Part shown: positions 51,626-64,000 of the stretch, piece after piece
Position numbering within the stretch: the first letter of the stretch is position 1
Layout: each line of letters opens with the position of its first letter
Origin: Marsupella aquatica
Taxonomy: Eukaryota > Plantae > Marchantiophyta
Assembly (NCBI GenBank): GCA_973895155.1
Contig: OZ316893.1
Span: 19,596,857 to 19,660,856, forward strand
Direction of reading: 5' to 3'
DNA: 64,000 bases
The notes under the pieces: generated by a model
Told to the model about the DNA's origin: nothing
Seen by the model: only the letters and a program-made list of their open reading frames with translations
The model's database searches: none
Made by a program: the position numbers and the translations under genes

Positions 51626-54600
51626 GATTGCTAATTTTTCTTGTCTAAGAGCTTTTTTGTATTGGGACAAAGGACTAGAAAACACAGGATCCCTTATTAT
51701 AGTTGTAGATTGCTCTATTTTAAATTGTAGCTTTGCAAACACTGCTAAATCAGTATTGAACACAAAAATACTTAGAATGTTTCTTAGTTTCACAATTTTT
51801 GTAACTAGTTTCTGTACATTTCCTTTTGTTAAAAACATCAAATCAATGTTGTAGTCAAGAATTTTAGGGAATGAATGTAAAGTATATCAAGAACTTTGAT
51901 TTTAACATATTCGGAGCAGTTTGGGGAATGGGGAGTAAATTAAATTCCAGACATGCCAGCATGAAAAACATTATGATTATGTGGCAAAATAACCCAGATA
52001 ATGTGCATCCTTTTATAAGCAAAACGCCGGGAAAAGTAGATGGAAAACTTTGTGCCTGGGAAAATAGAAAGGGCCACCTTTGAAACTCTGGAAACAAGTT
52101 AGAATAATTTCTTGCTATCAAAGTCACAAGGTTGGCCAACTTAACCAAGGTAATCCCAGGGGCCAGACCAAAAACAGAGCCAGGCCAAAAACAGACAAGA
52201 TGCATGCCACAGAAAGAAGCCCCGGGAGGTCAAGACTAGGTCTTGATCCAGGAGTGGGTACTAAGCAACCACCTAGATGTGGACAAGTAGTAAGTCGAAA
52301 GACCCTCTTTGTTTCGTCTCCTGAGTGCTTATTTTGCTTTAATATTTTGAGTTATAGTTTACAGAACAAGCATTTTGATATTTGCTCCATGCCGCTACAA
52401 ACCATTTGAAAAAAGTCTATTTTCAAGATAATTTCACCTACTGTGCCATCCCCTGTGCCATTTCAACTCGGTACCAGCGTTTTAGGGTAAATAGTAAGGG
52501 TGTTGGCCAATGGAATATACATCAGGGGGCACCACTCAGACATGATCCCCACCTATTCTCACATGTGAAGGTTGTCGTAGCAGCAGAGAATAGTACAACG
52601 ACGATGAAATGGCACAATGCAACCATTCCAGTAGAATTATGGCAAGACAGCGCACAGGACAACTGCGCACGCAAGTCTGGCATGCCGGGAAGAAAATCTG
52701 GTCGGTTGGGAACACTGTAAAGTGAAAATGCCCCTCTTGGCCCTGGTCTTCCGTTTAGTGGACCGATTTGAATCCTCTTACCAGGCTTTTCAGTTTACTG
52801 TTAGAGTACTGCGTTAGGTCCTTTGAGATTGTGTGGATCTTTGTTTGGGGATTTTCCCTTGTTTTCTCTCCTTAGTTGGGTCCAGGTTTGGCGATTTTTG
52901 TTCGTTGAGAGTGTGATGTACGCTTGGTGTGCTGACTGCCATGTGTCTCTTGGGGGAGTAGGTGACTGCTTGTGGCTCCCTCCTCCCTTGTGCCAGGAGC
53001 CCTGTTTTAGGTAGACCCAGCTCAACTACATGCTTCCTCAGTTTGCTTGCTGGGAACAAACTTTCTAGTTCCCTAACATTGCTTGCATAACCTTTTTCTT
53101 GGACATGTTTGTTGTGTGAATGTATATCTCGATCAAAAATTGCATGCATTGATTAAAAGTTTCCTGCAAGTCTCCACGTTTCCACCAGCTACAGGCTGAA
53201 TTGAGAAGAAAGCAGGTTCCATCCTGCATTGCATTAATGGATGCCATTGTCACAGACCTAGACCAAGACACATGAGCCAAGTGTGAAACTTTTTAGAACA
53301 TTGGAACCTCGATTGAAGCACTGTCACTTTCTTGGTCCATATCTGACGGACCAAAGTGTGTGTCGTATAATTACGTCCAAGAGCCTCAGTTACTGGGCCA
53401 CTCCTCTCTCAGACATTATTAGTACTACGAATCGATCTATTTGCCCAAGGCATTACTATCCTTCTCGAATATGATTATGCTTGCTTTGATTTGATATACT
53501 TCAAAGGGCCTCAGTTAATTCGAAAACATCATAGTGCACAACTGAAACATAGCTTCAGGCAAGAATCGAGCTCGCAGACTACTTCGTTAGCCAACGAAAG
53601 GTTTTATCACAATCATTTCAGAGCATTAGCAACAGTTAGATTCAGAACACAGATTCCGCTAATATTCTGGGGAGTAACGTTTGGGGTTACTTTGATTTAG
53701 CTAGATGAATGTCACCGTTGTACAAATCCGTAGCAGCCCGACTTAGATTCCTTTGCTTGCGATTGCTATCATCAGAACATCAACCTCCAATTCCAAGTCT
53801 TGCAAAGTAACTTGGCATGGCACTGTCGTGTATCATTGCTAGCACCTACAAGAGTACTACCGCCCTTCTTCGTGCCCCGCCTTGCCTATGGCTACTCTGG
53901 GTAGGTGATATTATTGGGAACTTGCTGCCATCCACCTCTGATTTGACATATTAACGTTGTCTGCAGGACTACGTATGAGTCGCAGTTGGTCGATCGAGCG
54001 CCACACAATCCCCGGCTTATACAGTGGTACCGACCGTGGACGTGGACGTGGATAGACTAGTGCTCGATCTGGCTAGCTAGAAAGCTAATATTTCTTTACG
54101 CATTCGTGATGTGAGAGGTACTTAATTGGCTAGCTTCCGTTTTTTTAATAAATCCATGGCACCGCTAGGGCTAGAGCGAAGCGTCATTCCTTTCTTTTGC
54201 GACTACTGTAGATCATTGAATTTGTAGACAATTCAAATTATTAAAACCTAGAATAAAATACTCAGCTGGTTCGAGCGGGATAAGATCGAGCTTACTTGTA
54301 CTCACAAATTGATGTGTCTTTCAAGTTAGGTCAACATTGTTTTATATCTCTATTGACCGCGTAATAGTTCATTATAATTATTCATTCTATGTGAATTTGA
54401 AGATATGCTTGCCGACAGTTTCTGTGCCTAAGGTACTCAGTCAAGATCAAATACTAGACCGGTCCGGTGGTCGACCTGTTCAAATTTCGAATGACGTTAA
54501 TAAGTTCCGCTCTGGGTGCTGCCCAGCTTGGGAAGAGTACTTATTTAGCGAGAATGGAGCTAGGGCAGACAAGTTTGTGGCCTGAATGCTTCGTATCTTA

Positions 54601-57600
54601 ATTGTTGAGGCGAGTGTTGTGGACGAGCCTAGTCAATTGATCGATCTCGTTGTTCTCGAATTGAATCGGACTGCAGTGAATGAGGCATGAAGAAAGTTAC
54701 TGTGACCAAAAGCGTCAAGTTCTTGAAATAAAGTGTTCGATTTTCTGGTGACCAAATCCCAGTCCTCAAATGAATGATAATAGCGCGCAGGTGTATCGAC
54801 ACTCCTCTACTGCCCTCCTCCTTCACCTCGTCTATGATCGTGATGTTCGGAACTGAGATTTAGCTGTTCAAAGTATGTACTTGATAAAGAGTTTTTCAAT
54901 TTGTGGCGTGGTCAATGGCTCTTCAGTTGGAGCAAAAAATGAGGAGATTGGCCTGTCTCGATTCCACAAGGTCGTTATACATTTCAAGATCAATGTACGT
55001 CAGTATCAGTCACAACCAGCTTTAATTTCGAAATACTTGCACGTAAATTAATTAAGAAAACAAATTTACAGCGTTTTTTTCACGGGCGCGAGTGTAAACG
55101 TCCCTGCCTTATGTTAGGCTTGCAGGATCTTATGCCTCAACAAGCAAACAAAGCTAGAAGTATTTCATCTCGGGTTCATTTTGCAGTCGAGCTGTGATCC
55201 GACTGCAAAATATATACGTACTGACGGACGAAATCTATAAATCTAAACTCTGTGCCCGAGCTCTAATTCGTCTCCGAGACAGATTTTCGTCAGGGAAACT
55301 TTCCCGCATTAATTAAGGAGCAATGTTCCCGCATTAATTAATCTCCAGTGAACCGTAGGAAAAGTTGACATATCATGTCGCGCAAACTGCTCAGGTGATT
55401 CAGAAGGGTGAGTCCGACTTAAATTGCTTTGTTCAGTTATTTCTCGTTCCAACGGCAGGGAACCAGGAACGATGACCGCTGTGCGTCCTCCAACGTGAAC
55501 TGAACAGAGTGTCAGTCAATTGCTTTGGACCCGGATCGCGAGCCTCCCAGGCACTTCGGCCGAACTCAAGACTGCAGTCGCACCCATAAGGTCCGATTCA
55601 GGAAAAAGGCGAGGCGAACAAAGTACTATATAAGAGTAAGTTGTTGGGGTATTGAATAGCAAGCGGATTTCATCAAACTTATTTGTGATTAAAACGAAGT
55701 CGAGATCTCAGTTACCCATATATATATACCATCGGTTCGGGACAAACACTAAAACGGACAGTTAAGATCAGTAAACGGACAGTCCGTAAAAGCAAACAGC
55801 GGACTACATTTCTTATGAGAGTCCTTCATTGCAATTAGAATGACAATCTCCCATTATACAATTTATCTACTGCATAGCGCTTGTAGCAAAAGGACAGAGA
55901 AATTAATAGAAGAAACAATATCTGGAGGATAACCCATGCATGCATCGATATCCGATTTCTGCTCACTGGGAGGAATGGATGAGTGAATGGATCCTACGCG
56001 CAGCGATCGGCACCATTCTAGGTCAATCGTAGCATCTTGCACGAAGTATTCAGCTGTCCTTGTTCGACGTATCCCTCTTAAAATTGATCACCTAGCTTGA
56101 TGACTCCGTCACTCAGGCTGTCGTCTCATGATCAGCTGACAGGTTGTGACATCCACGACAGGGCCACAGCGATGGACGACGTCCACCTAGCTAGCTATAT
56201 CAATCAACAGGTTTATCACAGAACATGGGACACGTATGCTTGCCTTACTGCAGCCCGCCTGCCTACCTTCCTGCACACCGAGAGAGATGGGGGGATGGAG
56301 AGAGATCATAATTGCAGACTGTGGTCTATCCTACCGTATTCTAGGCTCTAGAGGCTGATGAGAGAACTTTTACTCTCAATATCGGTCAAGACTTCTAGGC
56401 GCCAAATGATTAGTAAATTGAAAGTCCCTCCCAAACCATGACAACGCCCTGCGCAATTGCAAGAAAATCATTTCCCTCTTTCCCGCGCTGCCCTCCAGCG
56501 ATTGTAATGCAGAATATCTTAACTCTACTAGCTTGTACCACGATCACTGGCTCTCCTCTCTACGGGAAAAGGATTTTCCTCCGATTATGTCCACAGCCCG
56601 TGCTGTCGAAAATGATCAATATCCTTTGGAGATTTCGAAGCTTTAATTTGTAACGTTTCAAACCATCTCCACCGAAAACCTGATGGCAAAGATTGATTCA
56701 CATTTCACATTAGGCGACATTTGCTTCCTGGAGATGGGGGATTCCTGACGAGGCTAGTGCTACAGTTGCTAGATGTAGGCACTGTTGAGGATACAGACAA
56801 CTTACGGCTGTACAGTAGATAGATAAGCATGTTCGAGTACTGTCTTACTTTTTACGCCACAATGTCACATCTCGATCGCACGGTCCAGTCCGTGCAAAAA
56901 TACGCATAAAGCAATGGTGTGACCAGTACAAAGATGATACGAAATACAGTACATGATTGGTGCCTTTCCTTTCACTCAACCCGAATGCGACGCTGTTGTG
57001 TTGTGTGTCTTAACGGAAATACTAGTACTAGAACTTAAGTCCAGTTAGCGACCTGAAACATCACATCGATCTGTGGCTATTGCTGTCTACAAAGACTCTC
57101 ACTTTGGAACGCGAAGAGTCATATATATATTGATGCATCGATCGATGTCTTGTAGTGACCATGACTTTCTAGGAGTTTTCGCATTGGGATGTCTGATTAG
57201 TACTACTCTGTCTCATACGTTTCATTGCAATGGAGTGGAATGTAACTCAAGTCCTGAAATATGCTCGATTGTCTCGATCCACCCAGCACTCAGCTTTGAC
57301 TTCACTTTGGAATATTACTCGCTGATATATACACCAAACTTCGACCAAACTCGTTAACTTTAGACGGGAGCTAGCTGGACAACATTTGCACAACTATAAT
57401 TTGAAAGCTGAAAGCAATAATGGAAAGGCAGCTGCCTGCAAAGATTGGCACCGGGCCGCCTACCCGGCTGGCTGGTGTGGACTACTTTGAATACTTGATT
57501 CAAGCTATTCCTCGACATGTTATTCGGACGGTCCATGAAACCAGTCTTGAAAGCTATTTGCATGATCCTTGTCAAGACAGTGCGTGCTGCCAGGTCAGCC

Positions 57601-60394
57601 AGCGATGCACGCACAGACCAATCAGAAAAAGAGGACGTAGGAACTGGGAGAGCGATGGACTCGTGTATTGAATCTTGTGATAGCTACGGTCTAGTGCATG
57701 CTTGCCCAAACCCAGCTCTTTGCTGAAGTGTTTCTCAATGACAGATCGTCCATACGCACCGTTGTACAGTCAGTAGTTCGATCGAAATCAAGAGGATGCT
57801 AGTAGTTAACGTCTCCAACTTGACACAATAACCTGGAAAGCGCATCTTGGATGTTTTAGCCGTGTTTTGGCCCTTGGGGCGCCACAAAGGCCATCATGCA
57901 TGTTTTGCTAGGTACTGGCCTATCCGGACATTGATTTGAGAGCTTTCAAAACATATAAATGGTGAAAATTACTTATTAATTTACTCAGTTTTGCAATGTA
58001 ATTTAAATTAAGAGGGCCTCAGAATGAATATTCATGGAATATACATTTCTAAGTGGACAGTTGATTGTAAGGATCGATCTGAGATGCTCTGACTAGGGAC
58101 ACATGCAAAAAGATCATTGGGCAAGACGCATGATCGTTCAAAGTAAATGTCAATCGGATACTGTGTACCACCAATTGGAAACTCGTCAGTTAACCGTTGC
58201 CAGTACTTAGGCTGCTATGGGTTATCAAAGCGGTACTCTGTGTGTGAGGTCTAGCTTTGCGCCCGTCTACATTTGACTCTAAAGGTTGAATTGAAAATCA
58301 CTTCGATAGTTGACAATGACATTGCGCTATTGAAGACACTATAAGTTTTCTACCTAAATAATGTAATGAAACAAAATAATACTGGCTCTAGTAGTACAAT
58401 GTCTCCATCTACTGGGGCATGGTAAGTACGTAAGGCCTGTATTGTAATGTGGACAAGAGATCAGGGGTTTAATTGGCACGGCCTTCGTAGCCCTCGAAAG
58501 GAGCAATTGCCAATGAAAGCAAGGACACGGCGAAAGAGAAAAAGAAAAGGTGAGGGTCTGCCTGAAATCTTCGAGTACAGTATTGTACTGCAGTCCTCAG
58601 ACTGTAAATAGACAGGCCCGGGTGGTCCCTTCGCTGCGAATAGTGCATAGAAGGTACCCACTGAAAGCTGCGTGTGATTATGTAAGCCCTGGAACAGTAT
58701 CACTCACATGTTCCAAGTTGAAAGCTAGCTTCAGATTTTCCGTGTGCCACGTTCTTGGAGTTTGGAACCAGTTGACTTTACAAGGGGGTAGTTTCTCTTT
58801 AGGTAGTAGCTCTTTGACGCCTTGTGTTAATTATACATGGCTCACCACTGGGCAGGGTCAAATAACAGAAATCAAGCTAGGAAGGACCGTGCTGCCGACT
58901 CGGACATTCTTCATTTGCTCTTTGAAATCACTTAGTCTTCATCTGGTGGAAATCAAGCACGATAACAGGTTTAGGAAAGACGTTGCAGCACGAAGATCGG
59001 AATAGAAATATTCCTCCAGCGAAGTGCCTCTAACCGTAATGTATGTTATCGGCATCAGACGAATCAGTAAAAGATTGGATCAGTCCAAGCGACAACCACC
59101 CACACTTCCTATTTAGATGGATTACAGTTTTTTCCCACCACTGAACTTGCCATCAACAGCTCGCTATGAATTGATGGACTAGCTTAATCATTTCTTGGTG
59201 TCGATCTAGACTGATGGTCCAGTGTATTCGTTTCCTAAAGTTTTCAAACTGAGACGTACGTACAAACTGATCGAGGCACGAACATTCGTTACACGGAAAT
59301 CAACCATTTCTTCGAGTCCACATGATGACGTACTATTCTACTAACACAGCTGAATTGAATTTTCTTCAAGGGTCGTTGAATTGATGGATCTACGACCTAC
59401 CAAAACCAATTACAATCGTAGGCATGCTGATCGAGTACGTACAGATGACGTTCCGTAGCGCTCATCGGCGTTCATCGACGACGAGTTTGGAAATTGGGAA
59501 GAAGGCACTGTAATCTCAGATTGTCATATTATCATGTCCACTGATTATCATATGTTTCTGTCCTGTACAATTACACATACGGTTCTCTACGATGAGGTCC
59601 ATACGGAATCGTAGGAAGCCCTAGGGAAGGTAAGTGGGTACGGACCGTCAGATACTTGCACCACCCACGAGATAACGACTCTCATCACGCGGGAACATAT
59701 TCACTCTTTACAGTAAGCAAGCAAGTCAGGCTAGGACGTAATGCTACGGCCAAGGTCCCTTGGAACAAACTATTAACGGTAATGTTTAGTGGCCTTTTTG
59801 GGCTTATCAATCTCCAAAATTAAGGACGGTCTTGTATGTGCAAGAGTCCTCACAAAAGCAGCCCTTACCAGTCCAAAATAGCCCTTACCAATCCAAAATT
59901 GTAGTGAAAGAGTGAGATCTCAAATGTGCACATAATCAGGGAAGGGCTAGTGTGCAGCCCACACTCATTTGCATTTCTTTGTTTACCCTGCCTTTTTGTC
60001 TTTTTTTTGCCTTACAAAAGTCGGGAAGGCAATTAGGGCTGAGAACTTTCCAGCCCTTGCCATTGGGACTCCTTAAATATAGCAGTCAGGACTGGGTCTG
60101 GAGGGGGGAATGGCACAAAACACTCAAACCACACCTGCCCCTATAAAGGACTACGGGAAACCTGTAGCTCTCATTCTAAGGAGTAGAAGTTTAGAAATGG
60201 GCTTTGAGCTCCACAAAAGGTGCTGGCTGCAAAATCTTTTTTTGGCAAGTACTCCACAAAACGTGCTAGTGTTCACCCTTTTATGGTGAGTAGTGAGACA
60301 TAGAATGAGGCTTTTACAGTGGCAGGTGTGGTTCAATTAGTCCAAAGTTGCAGCCTGGTTATTTAAAGGGCCTGGTTTTTCAAGACCCTAAGGG

Positions 60395-60580
60395 TGGTTA
60401 ACTAAGTTGCCAGTTCTGGGTTATGGTAAGGTCCAAAGTTAACAGCAGTTTAACTTATGAGTTATGGGTTACCTCCAAGACTCATAACTCATTGGTATTG
60501 GTATTGAAGTTCATAACAATACCAATAGAGGGTTTCAAGCCTCAAATTTTCATGGACCTTAACTTAGTAGTTAAAGGTTA
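60395..60580. mobile_element. Small foldback/MITE-like inverted repeat
   Basis: Central stem atgagttatgggt / actcataactcat, with outer arms aactaagtt..taaggtcca / tggaccttaacttagt. Confidence 0.35.
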
Positions 60581-63500
60581 ATAACAAAAAATTAGTGTAC
60601 TACCAAATTCATGATCCAACTGCTTTCCATAAAGATCAATGCAGAGGCTACTGAAATCAAAAACCAAGAAAAACTCTTTACATAACCCTGTGAAAAAACT
60701 ATGGACATTATTATGGCCAAAAGCCATCCTCCGTAACTATGAAGCTTTGCATCTTAATGGTTTGCAATATTTTGTTCGTATTTGCTACACACAGTCCAGA
60801 AGACACGACTGTAAGGACTTTGTAGGCTGGATCTATGACAAGAATAGTTCTGGCTGCCGTATAATTGCTCCCTGAATGGCTGAATTGCTCGATTGGGGAA
60901 TGAAGTAGACATCCAAATTTAATTAATGGCCGGGTTTGTTGTGCCACTAACGTCACAGGGAAACTAGAATTTGCTGGCGAGATGTTTAATTAAACCAACC
61001 TGCCAAAAGGGTTACCACCAGGACCAGTCTGTAAGTTATTAAAGAAAGTGCCCACATGAGACCTTGTTTTCTTATCCTCTCCTTCCCTTCCTCGGTACTC
61101 TCTACTGTAGCTTGCCTCTTGTTGCTGCATGATTTTAGGAATTTTGGATTATTTTACAACATTGCCATTGCTTTTTGGGGCTAAATCCAAACTTTGCCAT
61201 TTTGATTTCAATTACCAGATTGGCACATTTTTTGTTTGTCAGTTAACTAAACCACGTACCTCAGGTTAAGACTACAGTGTGATCCAATAAATCACATCCT
61301 CAATCTAAACCCTCCCTCTCTCACTAACTTGTGGGTGGGTTGCTTTGCCACTAGGCTGCCCTGCTGTCCCACACTGCTGGACCCCTATTAATATTGGGAT
61401 TCATTGATATTGTATCAAATCAAATTGGTACCAACCGAGAATTAGCTTGAACAGGAAAGCTCATTCAATTCTCTAAACGAGAGTTATGACGGGTTTGCAG
61501 AGGTTGAGTGTATTTGCAAATTTGACTGTGCAAATTTGAACCGAAACACAGGAAACGCAATGGCAATGGACCCTTGGTTGTTTATTTTGGGAAGGATCGA
61601 TCTGTCAAATCAAATTAGAATCAAGATGATTAAATTCTCTGACTTTTAAAAGAGATATCGTGAGTCTTTAGACATTGAGCATTCCTTTGAGACATGTTGT
61701 TTGCAAATTCAGGCAAAAACCCAAGAACACGCACAGGGGAGGGCAAAAGGCCAGGCAAACCGCCCCTCCACTCAAGTGAGGGAAAATTAGGCCAAGGGTA
61801 GCTAGGTTAAGGTGAGGATACTGTGATTATGTGAGTCCTAACCAAAGGTGGTTAGATAAGCTTACAAACGAAAAGGAGGTATTAAGTCTCATAATTAAAG
61901 GAAAAAATTAAAGATGGCAAAGTTATTTAAAAAAAAAAACATGGCCATGTAGTAAATCCGAGTTTAAGGCAACTAATAATAGTTGGGTCTCGTGAGTATA
62001 GTTACTTCGAATCTCTGGTGACACGGGTCATTTAAAAGTATAGGTAATCAGTAAGTCTCTCTAGAAACCAGGAGATACTGTCCAGATACTGGCTTACCAA
62101 GACTATTTTTTCTAATTATTGTAACTTCTAGACTGACCAGAAGTGTAGAATCCTACACAAGGTGTCTACCACAAGTTAAACGACGAGTTCTCATGTACTG
62201 TGACTGGGGTTGTTCTAGACAGCACTCATTTCATTTCATAAATTATATAATCATATATGCAAAACACAACATACTATTTTGAGTATCAATGTCACCTCAT
62301 TAGTTCACTATATGGCATAATCTGAGCATCATCTACTCTCTAAAACATAGTTCTCACGAAAGTTAAGCTGGACCAAGGGATGCCCATCCCTGTGTACTGT
62401 GACACATATTGCTTCATTTCACATGCAAATATTCACTCTGATTGACTAGCTTTGGAAGGATGCTTCATTTTTAAGGATGCCCCAAGTAATTTTTCCAGGT
62501 GCCCTGACCAACTGTAAAATGCGAGTTTAAATTTTGCATTTATTTAAGCAACTTTCAAATCTTCACTAAGCTCAAATGTTTCCAGCCTCTTTTCTGATGT
62601 CAGTCCATTACCTGACACACTTTACATTTTTTTAAGATGATTTGCTCCATTGCCAAAGAGTGGTAAATGGTTGAATCTTACAAACTATCTGTAAGTGGAT
62701 GCCCTGAGTAATTTGGGCACAAGCAACCTGGCACCTTGGGGAAGGCTTCACTTTTGTTGAGGACACCCTCAGTAATTTGTGCATGAGCCTCAACTTACCA
62801 CCACATTATCTAATGGAAATCAGGTGCAAACAGTCAGTAGCCCATTTACAGGACACATTTTGGTCAAAACTCTAAAGTGTGCTATTAGAATATTTCTAGA
62901 TGTTTTGAGTCAGTCCATCCCAGCTTTGAAAATACATGGGGGCTTCACAGCAAACCCCTGGGTCCATCCAGGGTTAACATGCTAGTTCTTGGTGACATTC
63001 TTACTTCACAAAAATCGAAAAATAGTTCAAAGTTTTTAAGTAATCACCAGGGCCTGTTTCGTCTAAATTGATGCAGTAAGTCACAAAGCTAGTCTCCGAG
63101 CTTATATAGTCTCCTTCTGTTTGCAGGGCCTGCTTACCACTAGTTGTAGATTATCCTTTGTCCAACAGGGTGCCCAGTGGTATCGATTGATCACATGGAG
63201 AGACCAATGCTTCGAAAATTCTTCATAAATTGAGCACATACAAATTCTTTAATTTAGACATGAAGAGGGGAGACTTCTGGAGACAAAACTCGAACATTCG
63301 ATCAGCTGTCTACTCAAGATCGCATTGTGGCTCTAGCCTAAGATAAGCAGAGTTGTATACGGTATTGAACCTAGCAAAAAACTTTTCGTTGATTACCCAA
63401 GCGATATATCCATGACATCACAGAATTCATTTGATTATTAGCTGTCAAAAGAGATGTGAGATTGAAGTGCATTTGGGTCTCAAAACATTGGAGAGTGATT

Positions 63501-64000
63501 TTCTAGAATCACAGTTACTACAGTATGGTAGCTCCCAACGTCCACAAATTCTACAAGGGAAAAAAGATAACTCCATTCTTCATACCGGGACAAAGCCAGT
63601 TTTTCCTGTGACAATTTTGTCATAGAAATTCCTCGACCCAGAACCCCCAACATCGTGAAGCTCACTGGATGTCCAAACAAGAATCGAATAAGCAATCCTC
63701 AAAGTGAGCAATTGGGTGTCCGAGGAGATCAAATACTGGTACTGAAACCAAGTGAAAATACGAGTTATCCAATTGAGCATGGTGATCAATGACAACATAA
63801 GATCAATTATGTGTGTGCAGGATCTGTGGCAGGATTCAACATTGTGTGCGGTTTTCAGCCCAAATAGAACAAATTGTATGCCTCAATTAATCCAATCATG
63901 ATGGGACCGATCTGTACGTGATACCCGTCGCCTGCCAGCCCCCATATCCTCATGACAAAACTCACACTGTATGGACTGAAGCACAGATAACTCATCAATT

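Noticed and set aside
49380-53300. Possible LINE and Gypsy gag fragments (e.g. ACSWWKR at about 53190) and a GC-rich block at 50230-50900
   Set aside because: Too degenerate to assign a family or boundaries; no catalytic motif, LTR pair or TSD found.
42750-64000. Conserved plant miRNA precursors (miR160/166/171/319/390/408/529/536) or tRNA/snoRNA genes
   Set aside because: No mature sequence or convincing long stem-loop was recognised by eye. A real search (Infernal, sRNA-seq) could still find one.

Overview
Eukaryotic nuclear DNA from a land plant, most likely a bryophyte such as a liverwort. That assignment is inferred from the gene content, intron style and long BELL protein, and is not proven. 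Five intron-containing host genes were reconstructed by hand: a four-unit PsbY polyprotein (-), the sulfhydryl oxidase ERV1 (+), a bacterial-type taurine dioxygenase TauD (-), the plastid pyruvate/Na+ symporter BASS2 (-, 13 exons, one GC-AG intron) and a BEL1-like TALE homeobox gene (-). A young, full-length Ty1/Copia element lies at 30544-36189, with TSD, near-identical LTRs, PBS and PPT. Between pol and its 3' LTR it carries an intact antisense ORF ending in an RNase H1 N-terminal/caulimovirus viroplasmin (hybrid/dsRNA-binding) domain, the most unusual item in the window. The second highlight is the TauD, which closely resembles E. coli TauD but has spliceosomal introns (horizontal transfer candidate). 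The rest is degenerate TE debris, tandem repeats and about 21 kb with no recognisable coding sequence upstream of the BELL gene. All homology calls come from motif recognition; no searches were run.
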